A DNA stretch of 64,000 nt. It comes from Tolypothrix carrinoi HA7290-LM1. Lineage in GTDB: Bacteria > Cyanobacteriota > Cyanobacteriia > Cyanobacteriales > Nostocaceae. The notes beneath the pieces were generated by a model. The model was not told the origin of the DNA and did no database searches. It saw only the letters and a program-made list of their open reading frames with translations. Location of the stretch: assembly GCA_019358935.1 (NCBI GenBank), contig JAHHIK010000032.1, positions 1-64,000 on the forward strand. Reading direction: 5' to 3'. Both the position numbers and the translations under genes were made by a program. Each line of letters opens with the position of its first letter. Within the stretch, counting starts at the first letter, position 1. Shown here piece after piece: positions 10,116 through 21,076 of the stretch.

Positions 10116-10748
10116 TCATGCTGAAACCGAATCAAAAATTTGTTGTGCAGTGAGGTTTAATTGTGGGAAGGTAGGGGATTTAATTAAGTCATTCCCTCGG
10201 AACATTTTTTTTACATATTCCCCATCAATTAACTCGCATACAAAGATAGTGGGTTGTTTGGGATAACCGATAAAATCACGTCCACCCAAAGCAGCATAAT
10301 CTACAATCCAGTATTCTGGGATGCCCATACCTTCATAGTCACGAAGTTTGTCGTAGTAGTCGTCTTGCCAGTTGGTGCTAACCACTTCTACTATTAATTT
10401 GACAGTTAGCGCATTTTGAATAATTGATTCAGTTTCCCAGCGCGTTTCAGTATCGATAGTTTCTTCATCCAAAATAATAATGTCCGGTTCGTAACCCGAC
10501 TTGTCACGGTGCGGTTTAACAATTGATTCTCTGGGAATAAACCAAATATCGGTTTTGCGAATCTCACTAATGGTTGTAAGCAACTTTCCAACAAGAGAAC
10601 CTGTTAATTTTGAATGCTTCCCTTTAGGTTTAGGCATCTCGACAATTACCCCATCATGCAATTCGTAGCGAATATGCGAGTTTTCTGGATACCATTCGAT
10701 AAACTCATCAAAGGTGTATAATTTTGGTTCGGTTTGTGCTTGGGTCAT
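10116..10748 (-). CDS. Uma2 family endonuclease
   Basis: YELHDG.IVEM, EPD, LIVEVVS and GIPEYWIVD motifs. ATG at 10748 is preferred over the upstream start. Confidence 0.9.
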   Translation of the reverse strand: MTQAQTEPKLYTFDEFIEWYPENSHIRYELHDGVIVEMPKPKGKHSKLTGSLVGKLLTTISEIRKTDIWFIPRESIVKPHRDKSGYEPDIIILDEETIDTETRWETESIIQNALTVKLIVEVVSTNWQDDYYDKLRDYEGMGIPEYWIVDYAALGGRDFIGYPKQPTIFVCELIDGEYVKKMFRGNDLIKSPTFPQLNLTAQQIFDSVSA

Positions 10749-10783
10749 AGTTACAACCTCCACATATATTTGATACCAACCTG

Positions 10784-11119
10784 TTAACCTACTGCATACC
10801 CGGTAAATTGGCGTTTAAAAGATGAATGAAACCCAATAACTATATCGTTTGTAGGTACACCCATCTCAACCAATCGTTTAGCAACAGACTCTTCGGTGCC
10901 GTTATATTGAATCCAAATTTTACCTTCTTGAATGTCAAAGTGCATCACCGGACCAAATACCCGTTTATCTCCTTGCCAGCCAACATAAGCAAGTTGATAA
11001 TGGTCGTGTTCAGTGTCAAAAATTAATTCCGCTTTTACCGTGTCTGTAGTGGTGGCTATTTGGGCATGTTCGCTCAAGATTTGTTTGACAAATTGTCGAT
11101 AGCGTTCTACATTATCCAT
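10784..11119 (-). CDS. xisI: XisI family protein
   Basis: HDHYQL..VGW...R, HFDI..GKIWIQYNGTE and LVEMGVP..DIVIGFH motifs; overlaps xisH. Confidence 0.92.
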   Translation of the reverse strand: MDNVERYRQFVKQILSEHAQIATTTDTVKAELIFDTEHDHYQLAYVGWQGDKRVFGPVMHFDIQEGKIWIQYNGTEESVAKRLVEMGVPTNDIVIGFHSSFKRQFTGYAVG

Positions 11120-11523
11120 TGGAGTATCTCCTCCCGTTTCGGGTCATAAATCATCAATTTGACTTGATAGCGTTTGATAGCGCGTTGGATGAAGGGAAGC
11201 TGAAAAAAATCTTGATAGGTTTCATCGGGGACGGCTAAATAAACAATTCGCTCTGGTTCTTGTTCTTCGAGTGCTTGACAATAGTTGAGATATTGACCGA
11301 GTGCAGTATGGAAAGCGCTGATATCCGAGTCTCCAATAAAGCTTTTAATTTCAACAGCAATTTTTTCAATATCGCGTTCCGCTGCTATAGCATTTTCTGC
11401 CGCTAAATCAATTTGTAATTTTACCGCTTCGCTAATACGAATAATGAGAGGGTCATGGGTGACAATCCATCCATCTTTAATTAAGGCAGTTTTAACTTGT
11501 TGATGGAAGATATCTTTAGCCAT
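11107..11523 (-). CDS. xisH: XisH family protein
   Basis: MAKDIFHQQVKTALIKDGW.VTHDP, IAVEIKSF and FHTALGQYLNY motifs. Confidence 0.92.
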   Translation of the reverse strand: MAKDIFHQQVKTALIKDGWIVTHDPLIIRISEAVKLQIDLAAENAIAAERDIEKIAVEIKSFIGDSDISAFHTALGQYLNYCQALEEQEPERIVYLAVPDETYQDFFQLPFIQRAIKRYQVKLMIYDPKREEILQWIM

Positions 11524-11753
11524 TTTGGATAAAAATCATCTTTAATTTTTGTTGGGAATCCAGAATTACTGCATGATGTCACATTTGAGAGCGTGTGTAA
11601 GTCCTAATCTTTGCCTGGAGCGATAAATCGCTCACTACGAACACAATTTTCATTTTACCAATTAAAAAGGGATAGGTATTTTGCCTATCCCGCAATAGTT
11701 ATATACATTTTTCAAATTGGCGATACTTACTTTGAGTAAGAGCAAAGCTAAAC

Positions 11754-12323
11754 TTAAAATCCAGTCGGTAGAAGTACTTCGTTAACTTCAATAATTACAC
11801 CATTGCTGGCAACGGTAGAAGGATACTTACCGATCGCATTATTTAACTTGACTGTACCAGTAGAATCGTCAACAACAATTTTCACCGACTGACCTTGAAG
11901 AGTCTTGACTGCACCGCTATCGACTTTTTCTTTAGTGATTTGACCGTCAACCAAATGATATTTCAACACTTTCATTCGGTTTTCTGACTGGCTATATCGC
12001 TTGAAGACATCTTTAGGTAAAGCGTTAAAGGCTTTATCGGTTGGGGCAAAAATTGTGTAATTACCTTGCTTGAGAGTATCTAGAAGACCAGCTTGCTTTA
12101 ATTCATCCACAAGATTGGCAAATTTACTATCCTGTGTCAGCGTTTGGGCAATGTCTTTCTCAGAATTGCGATAGGGAACGCTGCTGTAAGCAGAAGGCTG
12201 AAAAAGAGCATAACGCGGATAGAATGATCTGGGTTTGGCTAAGACAGGAAAACCGATCGCTGTAGTAATACCTGCAATCGCGACTAAGAAAGTCAACTTC
12301 TTGATTGAATTTTTATTAAGCAT
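11754..12323 (-). CDS. Fasciclin (FAS1) domain secreted protein
   Basis: Signal peptide; YTIFAPTDKAF, LKYHLV and ASNGVI..V..VLLP motifs. Confidence 0.92.
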   Translation of the reverse strand: MLNKNSIKKLTFLVAIAGITTAIGFPVLAKPRSFYPRYALFQPSAYSSVPYRNSEKDIAQTLTQDSKFANLVDELKQAGLLDTLKQGNYTIFAPTDKAFNALPKDVFKRYSQSENRMKVLKYHLVDGQITKEKVDSGAVKTLQGQSVKIVVDDSTGTVKLNNAIGKYPSTVASNGVIIEVNEVLLPTGF

Positions 12324-12711
12324 AAGGGTAGGTGAACTCGACCTAAACTGTATAAGAAAAAAGCGATCGCGCTTTTACAACTAGTATATATTGAGAGGGC
12401 GATCGCTCAAAAAATGCAAAAATCAGGGTTTTCTGATTTAATCAAAGCGATTTTTGAGCGTTCTCAACCGATGCAAAAGCCTCTATACCAGCTATGAAAG
12501 CAACAATCCTGATTTAGAATACAAGCTTGAGCTTTCGCTTTTCCTATAAATCGCTAATTTTCTTATTTTTACTTAATGCGATCGCTTCTGGTAAAAATAC
12601 CGTTCGGTATGGAAATCGCCTCTATACTTGTGTAGTCTTTATACGGACGCGATTATTCACGTCTGTACAGTGGGGAAGGGTGCATTATATGATACAAACA
12701 AAATCTGGGTT

Positions 12712-13112
12712 GTGAGTTTAAAGCTTGCCCTTCTCCTTCGGAGACGCTCCGCGAACGGGTTCGCCAGTCCCCCATCGTGACGGAGACCGCCCTTCGGGTT
12801 CGCCACTTTGCCATCGTGACGGAGACCGCCTTCGCTTTTAGCGTCTCCCCTTGGGAGAAGACGGCAAGTGGACTCACCAAGACGGGGGCTGGTCTCACTT
12901 TTAAACTCCACCCTTTTATCTGTATAGGAATGAGCTCAAAAATAATTGGATAACGAACCGCAGAGAAGCCAGCGCGTTGCGGAGGTTCCCTCCGTTGTAG
13001 CGACTGGCGCGACACAGAGAAGCCAGTGCGTTGCGGGGGTTCCCCCCGTTGTAGCACCTGGCGCGTAACAGAGGAATAAGAGTTTGAGAGAGTTTTTGCG
13101 CTCATTCCTATA
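12712..13112. mobile_element. Two adjacent MITE-like composite repeat elements
   Basis: 12923-13112 is bounded by a perfect 13-bp IR (TATAGGAATGAGC/GCTCATTCCTATA) and contains two GCGTTGCGG.GGTTCCC.CCGTTGTAGC units. 12712-12911 is bounded by GAGTTTAAA/TTTAAACTC and has an internal direct repeat CCATCGTGACGGAGACCGCC. Confidence 0.7.
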
Positions 13113-13219
13113 TATTAATGTTTGCAAATTTAACAGCAATGCATAAAATCCGCATTGCTTGAGTACCAAACCCGACTAAAATAAATACGCAACTCGCACT
13201 TCCACAGGAGTATCCAGTT

Positions 13220-13882
13220 GTGCAGCCAGATTTGTTAGGTTTAGAAATTACTAAAGGGGAACTCAGACGCTTAACTGGATTCGATCCAGATGATGTCTTT
13301 CGACCCTCGATTATCAAAGATAAAGAAAAACGATGGGGATTTTTCTTCAATGAAATGCTTGTCGCTTTAGCACTCACCCCGATAATTGTCGGGTTTATTT
13401 ATGCATTTATCATTTTGCCGACAATTGGTTCTTCGATTTTAATCGGAATCAGCTTACTAACTATCGTACCAATTACCGTACTATTTGGACGTTGGTTGTG
13501 GCGACGAAAAACTTGTCCCCAAGCACTGACAATACTTTTAGATGAAGTTGATAAATATCATGGAGTTATTCAAGCAATAGATATTAACGATCAACTGGCA
13601 ACATCTGGGAATGAAAGTACTATCAATGATAGAGACAATGTTATCGCGGCTTTGCAACTTATTAGAGAAGATTTAGTTCGCGCTCTGAAAACAGAGCGAA
13701 TTTTGCGAGATAATAAAAAATTACTGGCAAATAACCAAGAGTTATTTGTGAATAATTTAGCCAATCTGCAAGCTTTACAAGTTAGTAGTCAAGCAAGCGA
13801 ATACGCTCAACTTCTCAATGAATCATTGCAGATTGCCGTTGAGGTACAAGCCGAGATAAGAAAGTTACATTCTTCTAGTTGA
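13220..13882 (+). CDS. Hypothetical membrane protein (2 TM plus coiled coil)
   Basis: 220-aa ORF with two hydrophobic segments and a helical C-terminus (REDLVRALKTERILRDN). Confidence 0.75.
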   Translation: MQPDLLGLEITKGELRRLTGFDPDDVFRPSIIKDKEKRWGFFFNEMLVALALTPIIVGFIYAFIILPTIGSSILIGISLLTIVPITVLFGRWLWRRKTCPQALTILLDEVDKYHGVIQAIDINDQLATSGNESTINDRDNVIAALQLIREDLVRALKTERILRDNKKLLANNQELFVNNLANLQALQVSSQASEYAQLLNESLQIAVEVQAEIRKLHSSS

Positions 13883-13887
13883 TTTTA

Positions 13888-15234
13888 ATGAGCAAAAAAC
13901 CAAAAATAATTGTTTTGGATGATGACCCTACAGGTTCTCAAACAGTCCACAGTTGCTTGCTATTGATGCGCTGGGATGTGGAAACTTTACGCACAGGTTT
14001 ACAGGATGATTCCCCAATATTCTTTGTACTAACTAATACAAGGTCGCTACCTCCAGAATCAGCCGCATCCGTAACTAAAGAAGTCTGCCATAACTTAAAA
14101 TTAGCGTTAAAAACTGAAGAAATTAACGATTTTCTGATTGTAAGTCGTTCTGATTCGACTTTACGCGGACATTACCCCATTGAAACTGACGTTATTGCCG
14201 CTGAACTCGGTCCGTTTGATGCTCATTTTCTCGTACCCGCATTTTTTGTTGGCGAAGCCTCTCGAAGAGAAGGAGGACGCATCACTCGCGATAGTATACA
14301 TTACTTAATTATTGATGGCGTACCCACCCCAGTACATGAAACTGAATTTGCCCGTGATTCGGTTTTTGGCTACCATTACAGTTACTTACCTAAGTATGTA
14401 GAAGAAAAAACTCAAGGACGTATTAAAGCTGATGCGGTAGAAAGATTTTTACTTGCCGATATTCGTGCTGGTAGTTTAGAAAGGCTGATGAAACTCACTG
14501 GTAATCAGTGCGCTGTCGTGGATGGTGAAACTCAAGCTGATTTAAATCGCTTTGCCCAAGATGTGCTGAGTGCAGCGAGTCAAGGGAAACGCTTTTTATT
14601 TCGTAGTGCTGCGAGTATTTTAACTGCTTTGGCGGCATTACCGACCCAAGCGATCGCAGCCGAAAATATGGCTGATTATGTACGTGGAGGCAAACCAGGT
14701 GCAGTTATCGTCGGTTCTCATGTCAAAAAAACGACTCAGCAGTTAGAAAAATTATTACAAGCAGACGGAACAGCGGGAATCGAAGTCAATGTACAGCGAT
14801 TGCTTGATGAGTCAAATCAATCTGCTACACTACTATCGGAGATTCTTGAAAGTACGCAGGCAGCACACAACGCGGGAAAAACCCCAGTAGTTTATACCAG
14901 TCGTCAGGAACTTTCTTTTAAAGATGTAAAAACACGGTTAGACTTTGGAGAAAAAGTTTCCGGCTTATTAATGGATATTGTCCGGGGTTTACCATCTGAT
15001 ATAGGATTCTTAATCAGTAAGGGTGGTATTACCTCAAACGATGTCTTAAGTAATGGTTTAGCATTGACAACAGCGCGTTTACTCGGTCAAATTTTAGCTG
15101 GTTGTTCGATGGTGATTACTCCATCCGATCATCCCCAGTTCCCTAACTTGCCAGTGGTGCTATTTCCCGGTAATGTCGGTGATGCTGATGCTTTGGCTAC
15201 TGTATATGGAAGATTAAGTAAAAATACTGAGTGA
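13888..15234 (+). CDS. Four-carbon acid sugar kinase family protein (DUF1537)
   Basis: VLDDDPTGSQT, SRSDSTLRGH, ISKGGITS and FPGNVG motifs. Confidence 0.9.
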   Translation: MSKKPKIIVLDDDPTGSQTVHSCLLLMRWDVETLRTGLQDDSPIFFVLTNTRSLPPESAASVTKEVCHNLKLALKTEEINDFLIVSRSDSTLRGHYPIETDVIAAELGPFDAHFLVPAFFVGEASRREGGRITRDSIHYLIIDGVPTPVHETEFARDSVFGYHYSYLPKYVEEKTQGRIKADAVERFLLADIRAGSLERLMKLTGNQCAVVDGETQADLNRFAQDVLSAASQGKRFLFRSAASILTALAALPTQAIAAENMADYVRGGKPGAVIVGSHVKKTTQQLEKLLQADGTAGIEVNVQRLLDESNQSATLLSEILESTQAAHNAGKTPVVYTSRQELSFKDVKTRLDFGEKVSGLLMDIVRGLPSDIGFLISKGGITSNDVLSNGLALTTARLLGQILAGCSMVITPSDHPQFPNLPVVLFPGNVGDADALATVYGRLSKNTE

Positions 15235-15557
15235 GGATGTTGTTGCCTACAACTAATCTCAAATATAGCAATTATCCTTTCATGATGAATAAGAGCGCTC
15301 GTGTATTGTACACAACTCTTGACCGCTATATTAGACTTGTTGCATTTATTTCGGCAAAGGGCAAAGCGAAAAGCAAGAAAGCGATAAGAAAAACATGCCC
15401 TTTTTTGCTCACTCATAGTGTAAAAATCAATGAATGCACTCTTACATATCGCAAAGTTCAAAACAAAGTCTAAAAATCCCCACTCCCTTGTCCCTACTCC
15501 CCACTCCCTACTCCCCACTCCCTACTTTCTACTTTCTTGTCTTTTGGCTGGTGTTGC

Positions 15558-16553
15558 ATGACTGGTGATTATGCTATCTCCGATTTAAATTCTGCTGAAA
15601 ATAACTCTGATGTAGAAGCAAATTCTACCCCAGGTGATACAGAGTCAAATTCTGTCCTTCCCGATCAAGAGGTAAATTCTGTCCTTGTATATTTAAAGTC
15701 GAATTCTGAACCTACCGAAGGTGAGGCAAATTCGGCTTCTCAGGAGGATGTAAAATCAAATGCCGAAGCTGATGTAGAATTAACTGACTTACCGTTGTTA
15801 GATAGCACGGTAGATAATAAGATCCAAGTTCAGTGGAAAAGTGAAGCAGAAAGGCTGTTGTTAATTTTACCAACAGAATCGCAAGTGCCTCCCTCAGAAG
15901 TCAGCTGGTCGGAAATTTGGCAACAAATGAAACTGCGGTTAAAGGGTGGCGATCGCTTTCGTTTACCGAACACACCAGTGCATCTGGTAGCACGCGATCG
16001 CTTGTTGGATACCAGACAACTGCAAGAACTCGCCGAATCTTTAAATGAAGTTCAACTTCAGTTAAAATCAGTTTCTACCAGCCGTCGGCAAACAGCGATC
16101 GCTGCCGTATCATCTGGCTATTCTGTAGAACAAGTACAACCTGAATCTACTCTGAATTTAGCCTCACAAACAGCCCCACAACCCCTAGCAGATGCCCTTT
16201 ATCTGCAAATGACCGTGCGTTCAGGACACTTAATTCGTCACCCAGGCAGTGTAATTATCTTGGGAGATTTAAATCCAGGTGGTATTGTAGTCGCAGATGG
16301 AGATATTCTAGTTTGGGGTCGTCTACGTGGAATTGCTCACGCCGGTGCTGGTGGCAATCGCGAGTGTCTAATTATGGCTGTACAAATGGAACCTACCCAA
16401 CTGCGGATTGCCGATGCTGTCGCTAGGGCACCCGAAAAATCCCCGTTGCAATTTTACCCAGAAGTGGCACATATCACCCCCGAAGGAATTCGCATTTCTA
16501 AAGCAAGTGATTTTTCCCGCTCGCAATTAAGTAGGATTAATCAAGAGCCATAA
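15558..16553 (+). CDS. minC: Septum site-determining protein MinC
   Basis: TVRSG...GDLNPGG.VVADGDILVWGRLRGIAHAG...PTQLRIAD; ATG at 15558; lies upstream of minDE. Confidence 0.95.
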   Translation: MTGDYAISDLNSAENNSDVEANSTPGDTESNSVLPDQEVNSVLVYLKSNSEPTEGEANSASQEDVKSNAEADVELTDLPLLDSTVDNKIQVQWKSEAERLLLILPTESQVPPSEVSWSEIWQQMKLRLKGGDRFRLPNTPVHLVARDRLLDTRQLQELAESLNEVQLQLKSVSTSRRQTAIAAVSSGYSVEQVQPESTLNLASQTAPQPLADALYLQMTVRSGHLIRHPGSVIILGDLNPGGIVVADGDILVWGRLRGIAHAGAGGNRECLIMAVQMEPTQLRIADAVARAPEKSPLQFYPEVAHITPEGIRISKASDFSRSQLSRINQEP

Positions 16554-16602
16554 TTTCTTTGTTTCTATATTTTCCTGATTCTTAATTGAGCGCGTTTCGA
16601 TC

Positions 16603-17409
16603 ATGACTCGCATTATTGTTACAACCTCCGGTAAAGGAGGTGTGGGTAAAACCACAGTTTCCGCAAATTTGGGTATGACTTTAGCCAAAATGGGGCGTCA
16701 AGTAGCTTTGGTTGATGCGGATTTTGGTTTGAGAAATTTAGATTTGTTGCTAGGTCTAGAAAACCGCATTGTTTATACGGCGGTGGAAGTCCTGGCAAGA
16801 GAGTGTCGTTTAGAACAAGCTTTAGTTAAAGATAAGCGGCAGCCAAATCTGGTGCTTTTGCCCGCAGCTCAAAACCGCAGTAAAGATGCCGTCACTCCCG
16901 ACCAGATGAAGTTATTAGTGAATGCACTGGCGCAGAAGTATCAATATGTATTAATTGATAGTCCAGCGGGAATTGAAATGGGGTTTAAGAATGCGATCGC
17001 CCCAGCCAAGGAAGCTTTAATTGTCACCACCCCGGAAATTGCTTCCGTCCGCGACGCCGATCGCGTAGTCGGGTTACTAGAAGCACAAGGCATCAAGCGG
17101 ATTCATTTAATAATTAACCGCATCAGACCCGCAATGGTTCGGGCAAATGATATGATGTCAACTCAAGATGTTCAGGAACTTCTGGCAATTCCCTTGATTG
17201 GCGTAATACCCGACGACGAGCGCGTTATTGTCTCAACCAATCGCGGCGAACCTTTGGTATTAAACGAAACTCCCTCTTTAGCTGCCACAGCCTTTGAAAA
17301 CATTGCTCGGAGATTGGAAGGGGAAACAGTTGAATTTCTTGAGCTTGACTCATCCCCAGACAATATCTTCACTCGTTTGAGAAAATTGTTATGGACAAAG
17401 ATTGTTTAA
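16603..17409 (+). CDS. minD: Septum site-determining ATPase MinD
   Basis: SGKGGVGKTT, DADFGLRNLDLLLGLENR and DSPAGIE motifs. Confidence 0.97.
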   Translation: MTRIIVTTSGKGGVGKTTVSANLGMTLAKMGRQVALVDADFGLRNLDLLLGLENRIVYTAVEVLARECRLEQALVKDKRQPNLVLLPAAQNRSKDAVTPDQMKLLVNALAQKYQYVLIDSPAGIEMGFKNAIAPAKEALIVTTPEIASVRDADRVVGLLEAQGIKRIHLIINRIRPAMVRANDMMSTQDVQELLAIPLIGVIPDDERVIVSTNRGEPLVLNETPSLAATAFENIARRLEGETVEFLELDSSPDNIFTRLRKLLWTKIV

Positions 17410-17436
17410 TTTCCAGTCTTCGCACACCTAGTCGCA

Positions 17437-17736
17437 ATGATTCTTGAATTTCTCGAAAGACTTTTTTCTCGCACTCCTGACACCAGTCGCACTCAAGTTA
17501 AACGTCGCTTGCAACTGGTGATAGCTCACGATCGCGCTGATTTAGATCCTCAAACCTTGGAAAAAATGCGGCAAGAAATCTTACAGATAGTTTGCCGCTA
17601 CGTAGAAGTTGAAATGGACGGTTTGGAGTTTTCTTTAGAAAGCAACGAACGAACGACAGCCTTAATTGCTAATTTACCCATCCGCCGAATTAAAGAAACT
17701 GTACCTAACTTACAAAATACCGATAATTCCCAGTAA
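17437..17736 (+). CDS. minE: Cell division topological specificity factor MinE
   Basis: [12 protein letters not shown] and L.ANLPIRR motifs; follows minD. Confidence 0.96.
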   Translation: MILEFLERLFSRTPDTSRTQVKRRLQLVIAHDRADLDPQTLEKMRQEILQIVCRYVEVEMDGLEFSLESNERTTALIANLPIRRIKETVPNLQNTDNSQ

Positions 17737-17875
17737 TTTTACTCTTTGTGCTTTGTCGAATTATTCATGATTAATCTGACTAAAAACATCGAAACCGTCG
17801 AAACCATCGTAGAGACGTTCGGTGTGGAACGTCTCTACAATATGTTTGATTTGCCGTATTTGATATTAGATTTGA

Positions 17876-18487
17876 CTATTCTGCTCTCAAAACAAGATTA
17901 TACTTTTCTAGCAATTCTAAAGAAACATCTGGAAGATTTAGAAGTATATCATTCCATTGACTATAAGCTTGTAAAGCCTCCACAACTAGCGAAAATGGTT
18001 CAGAGAAAATGTTCTCAAAGTCTGCTTCTTGTGGAAATTGAATTTTATAAGCTAATTGTTCTTTTGGGGGGACAAATTGAGCATCAACATTATTACGATT
18101 ACCTCTTGCATCAACACGATACCAACCTATTTCGGGTAAGTAAACTGCATTGAAACCATGTAAGCTATAAGGTTCACCATTATCGTTAATGCTCAATCTT
18201 TGATAGCAAAATCCTGCGGGAATGTTATTAGCTCTTAGTAGTGCTGCTAGCAAATGACTCTTAGCAAAGCAATAACCTGTTTTGTATTTGAGTACATCTG
18301 AAGCTCGACAGGTGAGAGGATTCATTTGATAGTCGTAGCTATGATAAATTTCATCCCTTACCCATTCAAAACAAGCTTTGGCGATCGCCTCCAATGTTTC
18401 ATATCTTAATGCAATCTTTTTCGCCAGTTCCACAATTGTCGGATGTTGCCAATCAATCACTTCACTTGCTTTGAGATATTCTTCCAT
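17876..18487 (-). CDS. Transglutaminase-like family protein
   Basis: GYCFAKSHLLAALLR, LHGFNAVY and GWYRVDARGN give a Cys-His-Asp triad. Confidence 0.88.
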   Translation of the reverse strand: MEEYLKASEVIDWQHPTIVELAKKIALRYETLEAIAKACFEWVRDEIYHSYDYQMNPLTCRASDVLKYKTGYCFAKSHLLAALLRANNIPAGFCYQRLSINDNGEPYSLHGFNAVYLPEIGWYRVDARGNRNNVDAQFVPPKEQLAYKIQFPQEADFENIFSEPFSLVVEALQAYSQWNDILLNLPDVSLELLEKYNLVLRAE

Positions 18488-18691
18488 CTTGCTCTCCCAA
18501 ATACGTTTTCCTAATGCCCAACACCCTAGAAGGGTGTGGCTACACGTACAAAGCCTGCGAAGGCAGGCTAGAATATTTTAGCCTGCCTTCGCAGGCTTTG
18601 TTTGTAGAGCCAGCGGCTTCGGTGCCTGTTCGCGCAGCGTGCGCTTGGCGCAGGGCGAATAAAACGCAACATATGAAGAATTGGTATAAAA

Positions 18692-18748
18692 ACCAACAAC
18701 CAACAACCAACAACCAACAACCAACAACCAACAACCAACAACCAACAA
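18692..18748. repeat. STRR heptamer array (ACCAACA)n
   Basis: About 8 tandem heptamer copies. Confidence 0.9.
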
Positions 18749-18811
18749 ACAAAAAACTCCCGTCATAGCCGATCGCTACAACGGGAGAATAATAAGAAGA
18801 TTTTGTATAAA

Positions 18812-20080
18812 CTATCGATAAGCGACTTGTGGACCTGCCCAAACTTGTGTGACTTGTTCACCATAAGTAGTAGGCTGATCTACCTCAGTTGCGGCGCCAG
18901 TTTTACCATCACTAGAAACTGTTACTAAAGGCCAATTTTCATCTCCTAATTCACCAGTACGGAACATAACATTATCAGGTTGATTTTTGCTCCAACCTAA
19001 CAACACGGAAATTTTATCGTGTTGTTCGTTACCATCACTAGGGGCAACAGTATTAGTGTTATTCTTTTGTCGATCCCAAATCACCGCACTATCGGAAGCA
19101 TCAGATGTATTAAATACTGCTTCAAATCTACGTGCTAAAAAGCGATCGCCTTTTTCAGACCAGCTGACAGGAACTAAAACGCCAATAGTTCCTTCACCGT
19201 TAGGATCGGGTGATGATAGCTTAACATTCAATAGCGCATCTCTATTATAAGAAGTTGAAGACACTACCCGTAAATTCTTGGTTTGCCTATCTTCAATAAA
19301 CAGAACACTGCTAACACGGCTATTGTGCATTTGGGGCTTTACTTCTAGTTGTACGCGGCTATAAACAGCATACCTACCATCCGGAGAAACTACAGGTCTA
19401 CTGCGGAAATAGCGCACTCCACCACCCTTGGAACTCATAGCCTCTTGAGTAGACTGTATCCATTCCCAAGGAATAGGATAAGGACTTCCTATCGGATCTG
19501 TCTGTGCTGTTTGAGACTCATCAGGCTGGGGATCGACATTTATGTTTGTTGTATTTGGTTGCGATCGCCCTGTTGCCGGCGAGATTGTCGCTGCGTCTAA
19601 TGATTCATCAGCAGGTTTATCTATTGCGATAACAGTATCTTCGCTTGTCAAAGACTTGAGTTTAGCAGCTTTCAATCTTTCCACTAAATTACTTTGACTG
19701 CCAGATACACTCGTGGATGGTGCGAGTTCAACCGCTGCCAAGGGGTCGGGAGTAGATGCCTCTTCCTCGATTAATGGTGCGAGTTCAACAGCTGCCAAAG
19801 GGTCAACAGTCGGTTCTTGACTTGACAGAGAATTATCTTCTGCTGTCAAAGGCTGCACTTTATCTGATAAAGGTGATAGTTGCGGGTCTACAGCAGCTAT
19901 TTCCACTGGTTCTGAGTCAGAGTTTTCTGACACAGGAGTGATTTTAGCTACCTGTGATTGTTTCGCTGAACTAGAGTGACCCGATGCAGCCACTAAAGGT
20001 GCGATTAAAAGCACAACGACAACATACTTGGTGAATGGTTTCACGCGGAACCATCCTGACAGCAAAAGGGTTTTAAGCAT
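18812..20080 (-). CDS. Conserved hypothetical exported protein
   Basis: 422-aa ORF with an N-terminal hydrophobic segment, a low-complexity linker containing duplicated DPLAAVELAP, and a C-terminal domain (DPIGSPYPIPW..., SPDGRYAVYSR). Confidence 0.75.
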   Translation of the reverse strand: MLKTLLLSGWFRVKPFTKYVVVVLLIAPLVAASGHSSSAKQSQVAKITPVSENSDSEPVEIAAVDPQLSPLSDKVQPLTAEDNSLSSQEPTVDPLAAVELAPLIEEEASTPDPLAAVELAPSTSVSGSQSNLVERLKAAKLKSLTSEDTVIAIDKPADESLDAATISPATGRSQPNTTNINVDPQPDESQTAQTDPIGSPYPIPWEWIQSTQEAMSSKGGGVRYFRSRPVVSPDGRYAVYSRVQLEVKPQMHNSRVSSVLFIEDRQTKNLRVVSSTSYNRDALLNVKLSSPDPNGEGTIGVLVPVSWSEKGDRFLARRFEAVFNTSDASDSAVIWDRQKNNTNTVAPSDGNEQHDKISVLLGWSKNQPDNVMFRTGELGDENWPLVTVSSDGKTGAATEVDQPTTYGEQVTQVWAGPQVAYR

Positions 20081-20914
20081 GTTTTAACTCTCTAGAGGGC
20101 GGTTGCTGTGTGAGGAGCACCTGCTGAGACAGTGACGGGGCAAACTACATTATATGTATAACAACAAACTAATTGATTGAACCAGATATTTTATTCAAAT
20201 TTTGCACAGTTTTACATAAATTACGTAACATGCCCTATACCTTGAAAAAGTACTCAGCTTTTACGAGAAATGCTAGCAGTGTACTGACACAAAGCACAGA
20301 GGAACTACTGAGATACAGAAATCCCCCGCTGCTAAAATTCAACTACACCAAAATACAGGTATCCCTAATTGGCTGTTGAACGCATCAATTGTACTAACTA
20401 CTTTTACTGGCAACCTGCGCTCATACGACGTGTTTGTTTATTGTGGCATTAGTAAAAGCTAACCTATTATAGGCAGCCTATTTTTATTTTGTGCCACACA
20501 GCAGACCCCGATAACTGTAAAAGTATGACCATTATCAAAAATTTGGTAAACGCACAACCAATAATACTCTAAAAGTACTACTGGCATCTACCAAAAGACA
20601 TAAATCGCAATTGCTTTTGCAAGCATTGCAAAAGCAAATTACTACTTAATTGATATTAACTACAACGAAAGCCGAAGTCTTTGGGAACTATTAGGAACGA
20701 TATTGAGTAGTAAACTCAGAACAAAATGTTCTTAGACATCGCAAGGCAATTAAATTCGCCAAAAGCAGATGCGTTTCATACTGGCTTATCTGCCAGATGA
20801 TTCATTATAACCCTGGTTAGCAATGCTGTCTTTAACAAGCACCAGATTATTTTACAGCTAAATGAGCAATTTTTTAGTTAGTGTGATTGTAAAAAAAGCA
20901 AAATTATTAGGGAA

Positions 20915-21065
20915 TGGGTAATGGGCATGGGCAATGGGCATGGGGCATCGGGCATGGAAAGAATCTCTCCCGAATCCAATTCTTAATGCCCAATTCTCAA
21001 TTTTCAATGCCCATTGCCCAATGCCCATTGCCCAATGCCCATTGCCCCATGCCCAATGCCCAATT
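20915..21065. repeat. Inverted STRR arrays (GGGCAAT-type then CCCAATG-type) upstream of fmt
   Basis: Heptamer arrays in opposite orientations. Confidence 0.85.
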
Positions 21066-21076
21066 CCTAATTTTTT

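Noticed and set aside
10784..11523. fdxN-type excision element
   Set aside because: xisHI are present but there is no recombinase or interrupted nif/fdxN gene; standalone xisHI pairs are common.
12653..13169. ORFs of 150, 84 and 77 aa
   Set aside because: They are translations of dispersed repeat elements.
18514..18842. ORFs with QQPTTNN / LLVVGCW repeats
   Set aside because: STRR artefacts; the same applies to 20858-21153, 22032-22381, 37854-38283 and 63128-63424.
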